From Vicinamibacteria bacterium (GTDB taxonomy: Bacteria > Acidobacteriota > Vicinamibacteria > Vicinamibacterales > UBA8438): 64,000 bases of DNA. The translations under genes and the position numbers were made by a program. The notes beneath the pieces were generated by a model. That model had not been told where the DNA came from. It searched no databases and was given only the letters and a program-made list of their open reading frames with translations. Positions 9,102 through 18,418 of this stretch are shown piece after piece (the first letter of the stretch is position 1; each line of letters starts with the position of its first letter). Where the stretch lies: positions 38,682-102,681 of the forward strand of contig JAJEEU010000101.1 of the NCBI GenBank assembly GCA_022820825.1. The letters are read 5' to 3'.

Positions 9102-10065
9102 CGGCTTCGAGGGCTGCGATCAGCGCCGGCACCACGTCGAACAGGTCTCCGACGATGCCGTAGTCGGCCACCTCGAAGATCGGGGCGTCGGCATCCTTGT
9201 TGATGGCGACGATGGTGCGGGCGCCTTTCATCCCGACCAGGTGCTGGATGGCGCCGGAGATACCCAGCGCCAGGTACAGCGCCGGCGCCACGGTCTGGCC
9301 GGAGCTGCCGATCTGCCGGTCCATCGGCAGCCAGCCTGCATCGCATATCGGCCGGGATGCGGCCAGCTCCGCATCCAGCGCGCGCGCCAGCTCCTGCGCG
9401 AGCGGCAGGTGCTCCTGCGACTTGATGCCGCGGCCGACCGCCACGATCCGCTCGGCCTGTCCGAGATCGACCGCCTGCTTCGATTCCTGAAACGGCTCCT
9501 CCGGACGCTGGCGGATCCGCCCGGCGTCGATGGTCAGCGCCGCGCGGCGCACGGGCGCCGGCTCCTCGCGCGTGCCGGCCGCGTCGCCCCGGTACGCGCC
9601 CACCTGGAAGCTCGCCAGGCAGGGACCCGGCCCCTCGGGCGCCACGTCCGCCAGGAACTTCCCCTGGAACATCGGCCTGACGAACGCCAGACCGGTTTCC
9701 CGGGGCCTGACCGCGACGCAGTCGGTGATCAGCGTGCGGCCGAGCCCGGCCGCCAGCGCGGGCGCGAAATCCCGCGTCTGATACGTATGCGGCAGGAATA
9801 CGGCGCCCGGAGCCTCGGCCTCGATCACCTGGCGCCAGGCCTGGACGAAACCGTCGGGCGTATAAGGCTCCAGCGCCGGATCGTCCAGCACCAGCACCTC
9901 CGCGACGTCCGCCCGCGCCAGCTTGGCCGCAACCGCCTCCATGCCGCTGCCGGCGACGGCCACCTTCACCGGCACGCCCGCGTGCCGGGCCGCGGCAATC
10001 ACCTCCCGGCTCACCGGGTTCAGCGCACCGCCGCGCTGTTCCGCCATCACCAATACCGTCATCAT
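9094..10065 (-). CDS. etfA: electron transfer flavoprotein alpha subunit
   Basis: 323 aa. The C-terminal FAD-binding region [37 protein letters not shown] is diagnostic for EtfA. Confidence 0.92.
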   Translation of the reverse strand: [323 protein letters not shown]

Positions 10066-10188
10066 TACTTGGGGCTGCGCCCCAAACCCCCGGCGGCTGC
10101 TAGCGGGGACCCCGTTGCCCCACGCCGCTGCCGCCGGGCCGCGCCGTGCGCGGCCTGGGGACGGCCGCTGTCAGGCTTGCCGTCCCCC
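10066..10188 (+). repeat. family A structured intergenic repeat, copy A1
   Basis: TTACTTGGGGCTGCGCCCCAAACCCCCGGCGGCTGC...GGCCGCGCCGTGCGCGGCC...GGGGACGGC-13nt-GCCGTCCCC. It fills the etfB/etfA intergenic gap. The closest relative is A5. Confidence 0.85.
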
Positions 10189-10251
10189 TTTCTGAATACG
10201 TCGTGGTACACCTGCACACTCTCAAGCATGCTCACTCGCATTACTACCGTG

Positions 10252-11016
10252 TCAGCCCAGCACGCGGGCCTCTTCGCGCAGCGCGCGCACCAGCTCACCG
10301 GCGGCGGCGTCCGGCGCGCCCTCGAACAGTTTCGTCTGCTTGTCCTTCTCGGGTACGTACAGCCGCAGGATGCGCTGGCCCGCGGCGGCCGGTGCGTCCG
10401 GCGCAACCTTGCGCACCGGCTTGCGCCGCGCCGCCATGATGCCCTTGAGCGTCGCGTAGCGCAGTTGGTTGATGCCGCTCTGGATGGTCAGCAACGCGGG
10501 CAGCGGCAGCGTCACCCACTGGAACTGCCCGCCCTCGAGCTCCCGCTTGACGCGCACCTGGCCGTCGCCGACAACTATCTCCATGATGATGGTGGCGTGC
10601 GGCACGCCCAGCGCGCTCGCCAGCACGACTCCAGTCTGGCCGAACCCCTGGTCGTCGGACTGCAGCCCGGTCAGCACCAGGTCGCAGGACTCGGGCCGCA
10701 AGGCATCTCCCAGCGCCTGTCCCACGGCCGACGGCTCCGCCGCCCGCAGATCGTCGGACTCGACGTGGATGGCGCGATCGGCGCCGCGCGCCAGCCCCTC
10801 GCGCAGCACCTGCGCCACGCGCGCCGGGCCGGCGGAACAGACGATCACCTCGCCGCCGTGCCGCTCCTTGAGCCGCAGCCCCTCCTCGAGGGCGTACGCG
10901 TCCGGCTCGTTCATCTCGAAGCTGGCGTCGGCGTCGCGGACCCAACCGCCGTCCTGGTCGACGCGCAGCGGCCAGTCCCGCGCCACGACCTGCTTGACGC
11001 AGACCGCGATCTTCAT
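10252..11016 (-). CDS. etfB: electron transfer flavoprotein beta subunit
   Basis: MKIAVCVKQV...FEMNEPDAYALEEGLRLKE... is a typical EtfB sequence (254 aa). The ATG at 11014-11016 forms an ATGA overlap with the fabF stop. The 647-aa track ORF is a read-through artefact. Confidence 0.9.
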   Translation of the reverse strand: MKIAVCVKQVVARDWPLRVDQDGGWVRDADASFEMNEPDAYALEEGLRLKERHGGEVIVCSAGPARVAQVLREGLARGADRAIHVESDDLRAAEPSAVGQALGDALRPESCDLVLTGLQSDDQGFGQTGVVLASALGVPHATIIMEIVVGDGQVRVKRELEGGQFQWVTLPLPALLTIQSGINQLRYATLKGIMAARRKPVRKVAPDAPAAAGQRILRLYVPEKDKQTKLFEGAPDAAAGELVRALREEARVLG

Positions 11017-12278
11017 CGGGCGGCCCCGGCGTCCGCCGCGTCGTAGCGCCTGAAGAGCAGACTGGCGTTGGTGCCGCCGAAGCCGAACGAGTTGGACAGG
11101 GCGTAGGTGACGTCGGCGGCGCGCTTGCAGTTCGGAACGTAGTCCAGATCGCAGTCGGGATCGGGGTTTTCCAGGTTGATCGTGGGCGGCAGCATCTGCT
11201 TGCGGACCGCGAGCGCGGTGATGCCCGCCTCCAGGCCGCCCGACGCACCGAGCAGATGTCCGGTCATCGACTTGGTCGACGAGATGGCTAGGGAACGCGC
11301 GTGCTCGCCGAAGCACTTCTTGATAGCCAGCGTCTCGATCTTGTCGTTGTAGGTGGTCGACGTCCCGTGCGCGTTGATGTAGTCCACCATCGACGGCTCC
11401 ACGCCCGCCTCGTCGAGCGCGGCCTGCATGACCCGCAACGCGCCGTCCCCGTCCTCTGCCGGCGCCGTCATGTGGTGGGCGTCGGCGGACATGCCGTAGC
11501 CGACCAGCTCGGCGTAAGCGGGCGCTCCGCGCGCGCGGGCATGCTCCAGCTCTTCCAGCACGAGCACACCGGAACCCTCGCCGACAACGAACCCGTCGCG
11601 GTCCTTGTCGAACGGCCGGCTGGCCCGCTGCGGCTCGTCGTTGCGCGTGGACAGGGCGCGCATGGCCGCGAAGCCGCCGACGCCCATCGGCGTGATGGAA
11701 GCCTCCGACCCGCCCGCAATCATCACGTCGGCGGTGCCGCGGCGCACCATCTCGCCGGCGTCCCCGATGGCGTGCGCCGAGGCCGAGCAGGCGGTGCAGG
11801 TGGCGGAGTTCGGCCCGCGGGCCCCGAAGCGGATGGACACCTGCCCGGCCGCCAGATTGATGATGGCCGAGGGGATGAAGAAGGGCGATATCTTGCGCGG
11901 ACCACCCTTGAGCAACGCGCGGTGCTCGCGCTCGATGGTGGTGAAGCCGCCAATGCCCGAGGCGATGAACACGCCGGCCCGCGGCCCCAGCGGCCGCTCC
12001 AGATCCATGCCGGCATCCTGCAACGCGAAGGTCGACGCCGCCATCGCGTACTGGATGAACACGTCCATCTTCCGGACGTCCTTCCGGCTGATGAACTCGA
12101 GCGGATCGAAGCCGCGGACCTCGCCCGCAATGCGGGAGGCGAATCCGTCGGGATCGAAGTGCGTTATGGGCCCGATTCCGCTCCGCCCGGCGCACAGGGC
12201 GTCCCAGGTCGGCCCGGTGCCGATCCCCAGCGGCGACACCAGCCCCACACCCGTGACGACTACCCGTCGGCGCGACAT
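11013..12278 (-). CDS. fabF: 3-oxoacyl-ACP synthase II
   Basis: 421 aa. VVVTGVGLVSPLG..., the active-site region ATCTACSASAHAIG, and HGTSTTYND/GHLLGASG motifs are present. Confidence 0.95.
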   Translation of the reverse strand: MSRRRVVVTGVGLVSPLGIGTGPTWDALCAGRSGIGPITHFDPDGFASRIAGEVRGFDPLEFISRKDVRKMDVFIQYAMAASTFALQDAGMDLERPLGPRAGVFIASGIGGFTTIEREHRALLKGGPRKISPFFIPSAIINLAAGQVSIRFGARGPNSATCTACSASAHAIGDAGEMVRRGTADVMIAGGSEASITPMGVGGFAAMRALSTRNDEPQRASRPFDKDRDGFVVGEGSGVLVLEELEHARARGAPAYAELVGYGMSADAHHMTAPAEDGDGALRVMQAALDEAGVEPSMVDYINAHGTSTTYNDKIETLAIKKCFGEHARSLAISSTKSMTGHLLGASGGLEAGITALAVRKQMLPPTINLENPDPDCDLDYVPNCKRAADVTYALSNSFGFGGTNASLLFRRYDAADAGAAR

Positions 12279-12312
12279 CGTCTATGTCTATCCGTCCGGC
12301 AATCCGGAGCGG

Positions 12313-12555
12313 CTACTGCTTCCCCTTGGCATGCGACTCGATGTACTCGACCGCATCCTTGACCCGCGTTATCTTCTCGGCGTCCTCGTCGGGAATCTCG
12401 AGTCCGAACTCCTCCTCGAACACCATGAGCAACTCGACCTCGTCAAGGGAATCGGCGCCCAGGTCGTCCACGAAAGACGCGTCTGGAGTGACCTCTTCCT
12501 CGTCCACGCCCAACTGCTCCACGATGATGCCCTTGACTTTGTCCGCTACGGCCAT
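12313..12555 (-). CDS. acpP: acyl carrier protein
   Basis: 80 aa with the [13 protein letters not shown] phosphopantetheine-attachment motif. Confidence 0.95.
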   Translation of the reverse strand: MAVADKVKGIIVEQLGVDEEEVTPDASFVDDLGADSLDEVELLMVFEEEFGLEIPDEDAEKITRVKDAVEYIESHAKGKQ

Positions 12556-12565
12556 TCAATGCCTC

Positions 12566-13306
12566 CTACATGTACATCCCACCGTTAACGCCGATTACCT
12601 GGCCAGTAATATACGACGCTTCCTCTGATGCAAGATAGCAGACGGCGGCGGCGACATCCTCCGGTTGGCCGAGGCGCCCCGCCGGGATCCGCGCGGTCAG
12701 CGCTTCGCGGGCCGCGTCGCCGATGGCCGCCGTCATGTCGGTTTCGATGAATCCCGGCGCCACCACGTTCACCGTGATGCCGCGCGCCGCGACCTCCTGC
12801 GCCAGCGCCTTGCTGAAACCGATCAGGCCCGCTTTCGACGCGGCGTAGTTCGCCTGTCCGGCATTGCCCGACTGCCCCACGACCGAGCCCACGTTGACTA
12901 CCCGGCCCCACCGCTGCCGCAGCATCGGCCGCAGCACGGCCTGCGTGCAGGAGTACGCCGCGGTCAGGTTGGTGGCGATGACCGCGTCCCACTCCTCGGG
13001 CTTCATGCGCATCAACAGTTGATCGCGGGCGATGCCGGCGTTGTTCACCAGGATGTCGATCCGTCCGAACCTGTCGAGTGCTGCACGCACCGCCGCCTGC
13101 AGCTCGCCGGCGCTGGTCACGTCCGCGCTCAATGCCTCGGCGCGTCCTCCGGCCGCCGCGATTTCGGCCGCAACGCCCCCGGCGTGATCCCCGCGGGCGC
13201 AGGCGGCCACGGCCGCGCCGGACGCGGCCAAGCGCACCGCAACCGCGCGCCCGATGCCCCGCGAGGCCCCGGTGACGAACGCCACCCGATCGCGTAAATC
13301 GGTCAT
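12566..13306 (-). CDS. fabG: 3-oxoacyl-ACP reductase
   Basis: 246 aa SDR with TGASRGIGRA, NNAG and YAASKAG motifs, in the fab operon position. Confidence 0.92.
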   Translation of the reverse strand: MTDLRDRVAFVTGASRGIGRAVAVRLAASGAAVAACARGDHAGGVAAEIAAAGGRAEALSADVTSAGELQAAVRAALDRFGRIDILVNNAGIARDQLLMRMKPEEWDAVIATNLTAAYSCTQAVLRPMLRQRWGRVVNVGSVVGQSGNAGQANYAASKAGLIGFSKALAQEVAARGITVNVVAPGFIETDMTAAIGDAAREALTARIPAGRLGQPEDVAAAVCYLASEEASYITGQVIGVNGGMYM

Positions 13307-13309
13307 GGG

Positions 13310-14251
13310 CTATCCCGCCGGCTGCTCCAGGAGTCTCGCCTCGAATGCGGCGACGCCTTCGGGATCGCCGACGCTCACGGCGTCGAAGCGCCGATCGATC
13401 TTGCGGATCAGGCCGCTCAGCACGGCGCCCGGACCGACCTCGACATACAGTTGCACTCCGGACGCCGCCAGGCGCCGGACCACCGCCTCCCAGCGTACAG
13501 GCGCGCTCACCTGTGCGACCAGCGCGTCTATCGCCGACGCCGCGTCGCGCTTCGGTTCCGCGTCCACGTTGGCGACGACAGGAACGTCCGGGTCGGATAC
13601 CACCAGCGAGCGCAGCTCCGGTTCGAGCCTCTTCTGTGCGGGCTGCATCAGCGCACAGTGGAACGGCGCGCTTACCGGCAGCGGCAGCACCCGCCGGGCG
13701 CCCAGCTCCCTGGCGCGCGCACCGGCCCGCGTCACCGCCGCGCGCGCGCCGGCGATTACCACCTGGCCGGGCGCGTTGAGGTTCGCGGCGCTGACGACCT
13801 CCCCTTCGGCCGCATCCGCGCAGGCCCGCGCCACCGCTTCCGCGTCCAGACCCAGGACCGCGGCCATGGCGCCGTCGCCGACCGGCACCGCCTCCTGCAT
13901 GTAGCGGCCCCGGCGGCGCACGGTGCGCAGCGCATCGGCGAACGAGAGCGTGCCGGCCGCGACATGCGCCGAATACTCGCCGAGGCTGTGGCCTGCGAGC
14001 ATTGCCGGCCGTGCACCGCGTGATGCAAGCAACCGGCACACGGCAACGCTGACCGCCAACACCGCCGGCTGCGTGTTCGCGGTCAGCGTCAGCGCGTCGG
14101 CCGGGCCCTCGAAGCAGAGGCGGCTCAACGGCTCGCCGAGCGCGTCGTCCGCCTCCTCGAACGTTGCGCGGCAGACGGGATACTGCGCCGCGAGCGCCTT
14201 GCCCATCCCTACCTGCTGCGACCCCTGGCCCGGAAACACGAACGCGATCAC
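13310..14251 (-). CDS. fabD: malonyl-CoA:ACP transacylase
   Basis: FVFPGQGSQQVGMG and GHSLGEYSA motifs are present. The start was re-set to the GTG at 14249-14251, a GTGA overlap with the plsX stop; the track ORF extends upstream over plsX. Confidence 0.88.
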   Translation of the reverse strand: MIAFVFPGQGSQQVGMGKALAAQYPVCRATFEEADDALGEPLSRLCFEGPADALTLTANTQPAVLAVSVAVCRLLASRGARPAMLAGHSLGEYSAHVAAGTLSFADALRTVRRRGRYMQEAVPVGDGAMAAVLGLDAEAVARACADAAEGEVVSAANLNAPGQVVIAGARAAVTRAGARARELGARRVLPLPVSAPFHCALMQPAQKRLEPELRSLVVSDPDVPVVANVDAEPKRDAASAIDALVAQVSAPVRWEAVVRRLAASGVQLYVEVGPGAVLSGLIRKIDRRFDAVSVGDPEGVAAFEARLLEQPAG

Positions 14252-15282
14252 GATCCGGCGCCCTTTCGCTCCACGACGCGCAGCCCACTCGAAACGGAGG
14301 CGATCTCGCGGGCCACCCGCTCCACGAAGCGCTGGCTCGCGTAGCGGTACGCGAGCACGACGGCGTTGCGCACCGCCTTGGCCGAGGAATGCCCGTGCCC
14401 CACGATGCACAGTCCCGCAACGCCCAGCAGCGGCGCACCGCCCACCTCGGAGTAGTCCACCCGGCGCTGAAACCGCCGAAACGCCCGGCTCGACAGCAGG
14501 TACCCGAACCGCGTCGTGAACGTCCGCTTGAGCTCCTCGCGCAGCAACGCCTCGACCATCTCGACGAGCCCCTCGCTGACCTTGAGCGCAACGTTGCCGG
14601 TGAAGCCGTCGCAGACGATGACGTCGGCCAGACCCGTGAACAGGTCGCGCGCCTCGACGTTGCCGATGAATCCCAGGTCGGAAGCCTGCAGGCGGCGGTG
14701 GGCGTCGCGGGTCAGCTCGTTGCCCTTCGTCGCTTCCTCGCCGATTGACAGCAGCCCGACCGACGGCTCGGACTTGTCGAGCAGCAGCCGCGCGTACACG
14801 CGCCCCATGGCGGCGAACTGCACCAGGTGCTGTGGCCGGCAGGCCACGTTGGCGCCGGCATCGAGCAGAACCGCGGTGCCACGGAGCGTCGGGAAGGCAG
14901 TGGCGAGCGCCGGCCGGTGAACGCCGGGCAACAGACCGAAAGCGGCATGCGCCGCGAGCAGCGTCGCGCCGGTATTGCCCGCGCTGAAGAAGGCCTCCGC
15001 CTCGCCGCGCGCCACGACCTCGGCCGCCTGCCGCACCGAGGACCTCGGCTTGCGCCGCAAGACCTCGGCCGGCGCCTCGTCCATGCCGACGACATCCTCG
15101 GCTTCGACAAGGCGAATGTCCAACCGCGACGCGTCGCCGTGGCGCGCCAGCTCAGCTTCCATCGCGGGCCGGCTGCCGACCAGCGTCAGACCGAAATCGA
15201 ACCGCCGGGCGGCCACCAACGCGCCGTCGATGATGTTGCGGGGCGCAAAATCCCCGCCCGCCGTGTCGATGGCGATGTGCAT
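14248..15282 (-). CDS. plsX: phosphate acyltransferase PlsX
   Basis: MHIAIDTAGGDFAP... is a canonical PlsX N-terminus, with the ATG at 15280-15282. The gene follows rpmF as in most bacteria. Confidence 0.9.
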   Translation of the reverse strand: MHIAIDTAGGDFAPRNIIDGALVAARRFDFGLTLVGSRPAMEAELARHGDASRLDIRLVEAEDVVGMDEAPAEVLRRKPRSSVRQAAEVVARGEAEAFFSAGNTGATLLAAHAAFGLLPGVHRPALATAFPTLRGTAVLLDAGANVACRPQHLVQFAAMGRVYARLLLDKSEPSVGLLSIGEEATKGNELTRDAHRRLQASDLGFIGNVEARDLFTGLADVIVCDGFTGNVALKVSEGLVEMVEALLREELKRTFTTRFGYLLSSRAFRRFQRRVDYSEVGGAPLLGVAGLCIVGHGHSSAKAVRNAVVLAYRYASQRFVERVAREIASVSSGLRVVERKGAGS

Positions 15283-15311
15283 GCTGGCTGTGCACCGGGC
15301 GCGCCCCGGCG

Positions 15312-15494
15312 CTAGGCGTCCTCGACCGCCTTGACCTGACGTCCCCGGTAGAAGCCGCAATGCGGGCAGACGTGGTGCGGCAGCTTCGGCTCGTGACACC
15401 GCGGGCACTCGCCGGTGCAGGCCGGGGCGAGCGCGTCATGCGCGCGGCGCTTGGCCGTACGGGCCTTTGAATGACGTCGTTTCGGGTTCGCCAT
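15312..15494 (-). CDS. rpmF: 50S ribosomal protein L32
   Basis: MANPKRRHSKARTAKRRAH...CPRC...CPHCG is a 60-aa zinc-ribbon bL32. ATG at 15492-15494. Confidence 0.9.
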   Translation of the reverse strand: MANPKRRHSKARTAKRRAHDALAPACTGECPRCHEPKLPHHVCPHCGFYRGRQVKAVEDA

Positions 15495-15517
15495 GTCGTC
15501 GAGTCCTCCGGGATGCG

Positions 15518-16054
15518 CTAGTGACGCCGCCCGCCGACCAGCGCTTCGAGCGCGGCGAGACGCGGGTCGCGCCACGCCGTCTCGCAGTTGCAGGCGTGTT
15601 CGTTCAGGTTCGTGCCGCACACCGGGCAGAGCCCGCGGCAGGCATCCCGGCACAGCGGCTTCATGGGCAGCGCCAACCGGCACTGTTCGTGCACCAGTTG
15701 CAGCAGGTCGATCCGGAAGTCGCGATAGAAGGCAATCGAGAGATCCTCTTCCGCGATCTCGCTGTCGGCGGCGCCGCGATTCTCGCTGTCGGGCAGGTAC
15801 AGCAGATCGATCATGAGTGTCTCGGGCGTCTCGAACCGCTCCAGGCACCGGCTGCACGACAGCGCCAGCGTGGTATGGACATGCCCCGAGATCCGGCACT
15901 TTTCGCCATCCTTGCGGACCCGCAGGGCGAGCGTGACGTTATCCGCGACGGCATAGTCGTCGCTGCGGCCGGCGGCAAAGGTCGCCGCCGGATGCGTCTG
16001 GTCGACTCGATCCTCAGGCCCGCGCATCTCGCGCAGATCCAATACCAATGGCAT
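15518..16054 (-). CDS. yceD: YceD/DUF177 family protein
   Basis: 178 aa with a C-terminal Cys cluster (CRDACRGLCPVCGTNLNEHACNC). It lies immediately upstream of rpmF, the conserved yceD-rpmF pairing. Confidence 0.8.
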   Translation of the reverse strand: MPLVLDLREMRGPEDRVDQTHPAATFAAGRSDDYAVADNVTLALRVRKDGEKCRISGHVHTTLALSCSRCLERFETPETLMIDLLYLPDSENRGAADSEIAEEDLSIAFYRDFRIDLLQLVHEQCRLALPMKPLCRDACRGLCPVCGTNLNEHACNCETAWRDPRLAALEALVGGRRH

Positions 16055-16058
16055 CGTT

Positions 16059-16204
16059 TAGATGGGGCTGCGCGGCATCATCAACCTTGGGGCTGCGCCC
16101 CAAACCCCCGCCGGCCACTCGCGGGGACCCCTTCGCCCCACTCCGTGGCCGGCGGGCCGCGCCTTGCGCGGCCTGGGGACGGCTGCGTTACCGTTCGCCT
16201 CCCC
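16059..16204 (+). repeat. family A structured intergenic repeat, copy A2 (with duplicated 5' half-hairpin)
   Basis: The core at 16087-16204 is identical to A3 over the first ~77 nt. It is preceded by TAGATGGGGCTGCGC (16059-16073), a variant 5' end also seen in A4. It fills the dgt/yceD gap. Confidence 0.85.
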
Positions 16205-16250
16205 TTCACCGCGCGCCGCTACAGGCGATCTGCGGAGTATATCACGCGAC

Positions 16251-17333
16251 CTACGAGCCGACCCGGCCCCAGGCGCGCGGGATGAACAGCTCCTCGAACA
16301 GGCGGATCGCGTAGCGATCGGTCATGCCGGCCAGGAAGTCGAGCACCGCGACGTCCACGCCGTCCCTTTCGAGCGTCCGGCGGTCGACGTAGCGCTGCGG
16401 CTCCTGCCGCACCTTCTCCCACAACCCCCGGAGCAGGCCCCTGGCCTTCCGGAACTCCATGGTGGCGGCGTCGTTCTCGTATACCGCCTGGTAGAGGAAC
16501 GTCCGCAGTGCGAGCAGGGCCTCGAGAACCGGAGCGCTCATGCGTATCTCCGGCGCCTCATCCTCGCTGCCGGCGGCAGTCCGCTCGACCACGTCGGCAA
16601 CCAGGCGGCCTATCCGTTCGGAAGACGTGCGCCCGAGCGTCTCGATCGGCTCCGGCGGCAACTCCCCGGGCGCCAGGATGCCGGCGCGAATCGCGTCGTC
16701 GATATCGTGGTTCACGTAGGCGATGATGTCGGCCACGCGGGCGACCTGGCCTTCCAGCGTCGCGGCCCGCTTTCCGGGCTCGGCCCCCACCGGCGCGCCG
16801 CCCTTGCCCTTGGAGTGCTTGGCGATGCCGTCCCGGACCTCCCAGGTGAGATTGAGACCCAGCCCGTCGCGCTCGAGCACGTCGACTATGCGCAGGCTCT
16901 GCTCGTAGTGGTTGAACCCCCCGGGAACCAGCTCCCTGAACACCCGCTCTCCGGCATGGCCGAACGGCGTGTGCCCCAGATCGTGGGCCAGCGCAATCGC
17001 CTCGGTCAGCTCCTCGTTGAGCCGCAGGACCTTGGCGATGGTTCGCGCAATCTGCGCCACCTCGAGAGTGTGGGTCAACCGCGTGCGGTAGTGATCGCCC
17101 GTGGGCGCCAGGAACACCTGGGTCTTGTGCTTCAGGCGGCGGAACGCCTTCGCGTGCACGATACGGTCGCGGTCACGCTGAAACGCGGGCCGGATGGGGT
17201 CGTCCGCCTCGGGCCGCAGGCGGCCTCTGCTGTCCGCGCTCTTCGCGGCCCAGACCGACAGTGCGTCCCGCTCGCGCGCTTCCAGATCGGAGCGGATGGA
17301 ATCGGTGGCTGAGAGACTCAACGTGGATGTCAC
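16251..17333 (-). CDS. dgt: dGTPase-like HD-domain triphosphohydrolase
   Basis: 360 aa. The HD motif region RTRLTHTLEVAQI...AHDLGHTPFGH and the DIDD motif are present. The GTG start overlaps the miaA stop (GTGA). Confidence 0.85.
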   Translation of the reverse strand: MTSTLSLSATDSIRSDLEARERDALSVWAAKSADSRGRLRPEADDPIRPAFQRDRDRIVHAKAFRRLKHKTQVFLAPTGDHYRTRLTHTLEVAQIARTIAKVLRLNEELTEAIALAHDLGHTPFGHAGERVFRELVPGGFNHYEQSLRIVDVLERDGLGLNLTWEVRDGIAKHSKGKGGAPVGAEPGKRAATLEGQVARVADIIAYVNHDIDDAIRAGILAPGELPPEPIETLGRTSSERIGRLVADVVERTAAGSEDEAPEIRMSAPVLEALLALRTFLYQAVYENDAATMEFRKARGLLRGLWEKVRQEPQRYVDRRTLERDGVDVAVLDFLAGMTDRYAIRLFEELFIPRAWGRVGS

Positions 17334-18259
17334 GCCGCCACGCGGCTCAGGACTGCATCGACCGCGGCGGGCGTTTCGCCGGTTCCGTCAATCCAATGTA
17401 GGTTAGGTTCTTTGCGGAACCAGATCAACTGGCGCCGCGCGTAGCGGCGGTTCTCCTCGACGATGAGCGCGCGTGTCGCCGCCTCGTCCCGCACGCCGGC
17501 CAGGTGCTCCATGACCTGCCGGTAGACCAGGCCGGTGAACGGGTGTGCGTCGGCAGGGACGCCGGCCGCCAGCAGCCCGCGCACTTCGTCGAGCAGCCCC
17601 GTTTCGAACTGTAGCGCGACGCGCCGCGCAATCCTCTCCGCGGTCACCGCCGGGTCCGGCCGCAGCGCGAACGCCAGCACGTCGTACTCGGCGAGCGGCG
17701 GCCTGGTCTCGCGGAAATGCTCGGTCAGCGGGCGGCGGGTGAGCACGTACACTTCGAGTGCCCGGACGAGGCGCTTCTCGTCGTGCGGATGGATGCGGTC
17801 CGCCGACTCCGGGTCCACGCGGACCAGCATGCGGTGCAGCCGGTCGACGCCGCGGCGGTTCGCGAGCCGCCCCAGCACGCGGCGGAGCGCCGGGTTGCGG
17901 CCCGGCCCTTCGAAGAGCCCGCGCGTCAGCACGCGATAGTACAGGCCCGAGCCGCCGACGACGACCGGCAGCCGGTCCTTGGCCGTGATGCGCCGCACCG
18001 CCGCGGCCGCCTCACGCATGTAACGGGCCGCAGAATAAGGCTCGGTCGGATCGACGACATCCACGAGATGATGCGGCACGCCGCCGCGTAGCGCGGCCGG
18101 CACCTTGTCGGTGCCGATGTCGAAGCCGCGGTACACGGCGGTCGAGTCGCAACTGATGATTTCTCCGTGGAGCCGCCGGGCAATCGCTATTCCGAGCGCG
18201 CTCTTGCCGGACGCCGTGGGGCCGACGACCGCCAGCAGCCGCTTTCCGGGGGCGCTCAT
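17330..18259 (-). CDS. miaA: tRNA dimethylallyltransferase
   Basis: 309 aa with the P-loop VVGPTASGKSALGIAIA and ISCDSTAVYRGFDIGTDK, both typical MiaA. Confidence 0.92.
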   Translation of the reverse strand: MSAPGKRLLAVVGPTASGKSALGIAIARRLHGEIISCDSTAVYRGFDIGTDKVPAALRGGVPHHLVDVVDPTEPYSAARYMREAAAAVRRITAKDRLPVVVGGSGLYYRVLTRGLFEGPGRNPALRRVLGRLANRRGVDRLHRMLVRVDPESADRIHPHDEKRLVRALEVYVLTRRPLTEHFRETRPPLAEYDVLAFALRPDPAVTAERIARRVALQFETGLLDEVRGLLAAGVPADAHPFTGLVYRQVMEHLAGVRDEAATRALIVEENRRYARRQLIWFRKEPNLHWIDGTGETPAAVDAVLSRVAA

Positions 18260-18301
18260 CGGCGCACGCTCAACACCGGCGGAAGGAGCGGGTGGAAGAT
18301 A

Positions 18302-18378
18302 TGGTCGGGATGACTGGATTTGAACCAGCGACCCCCTGACCCCCAGTCAGGTGCGCTACCAGACTGCGCCACATCCCG
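18302..18378 (-). tRNA. tRNA-Pro (anticodon GGG), CCA encoded
   Basis: Hand-folded cloverleaf: acceptor CGGGATG/CATCCCG, D stem GCGC/GCGC, anticodon stem CCTGA/TCAGG with loop CTGGGGG (GGG, G37), T arm GCTGG-TTCAAAT-CCAGT, 3' ACCA. Confidence 0.9.
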
Positions 18379-18418
18379 ACGCAAGAAGCTCAAGCAGCAG
18401 GGCTTTCGCCACGAGCTG

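Noticed and set aside
10252-12195. A 647-aa ORF suggesting a fused large protein ending in EtfB.
   Set aside because: Only the last 254 codons (from MKIAVCVKQ at 11016) are EtfB-like. The upstream part is an out-of-frame reading across fabF, whose own frame carries all the KAS II motifs.
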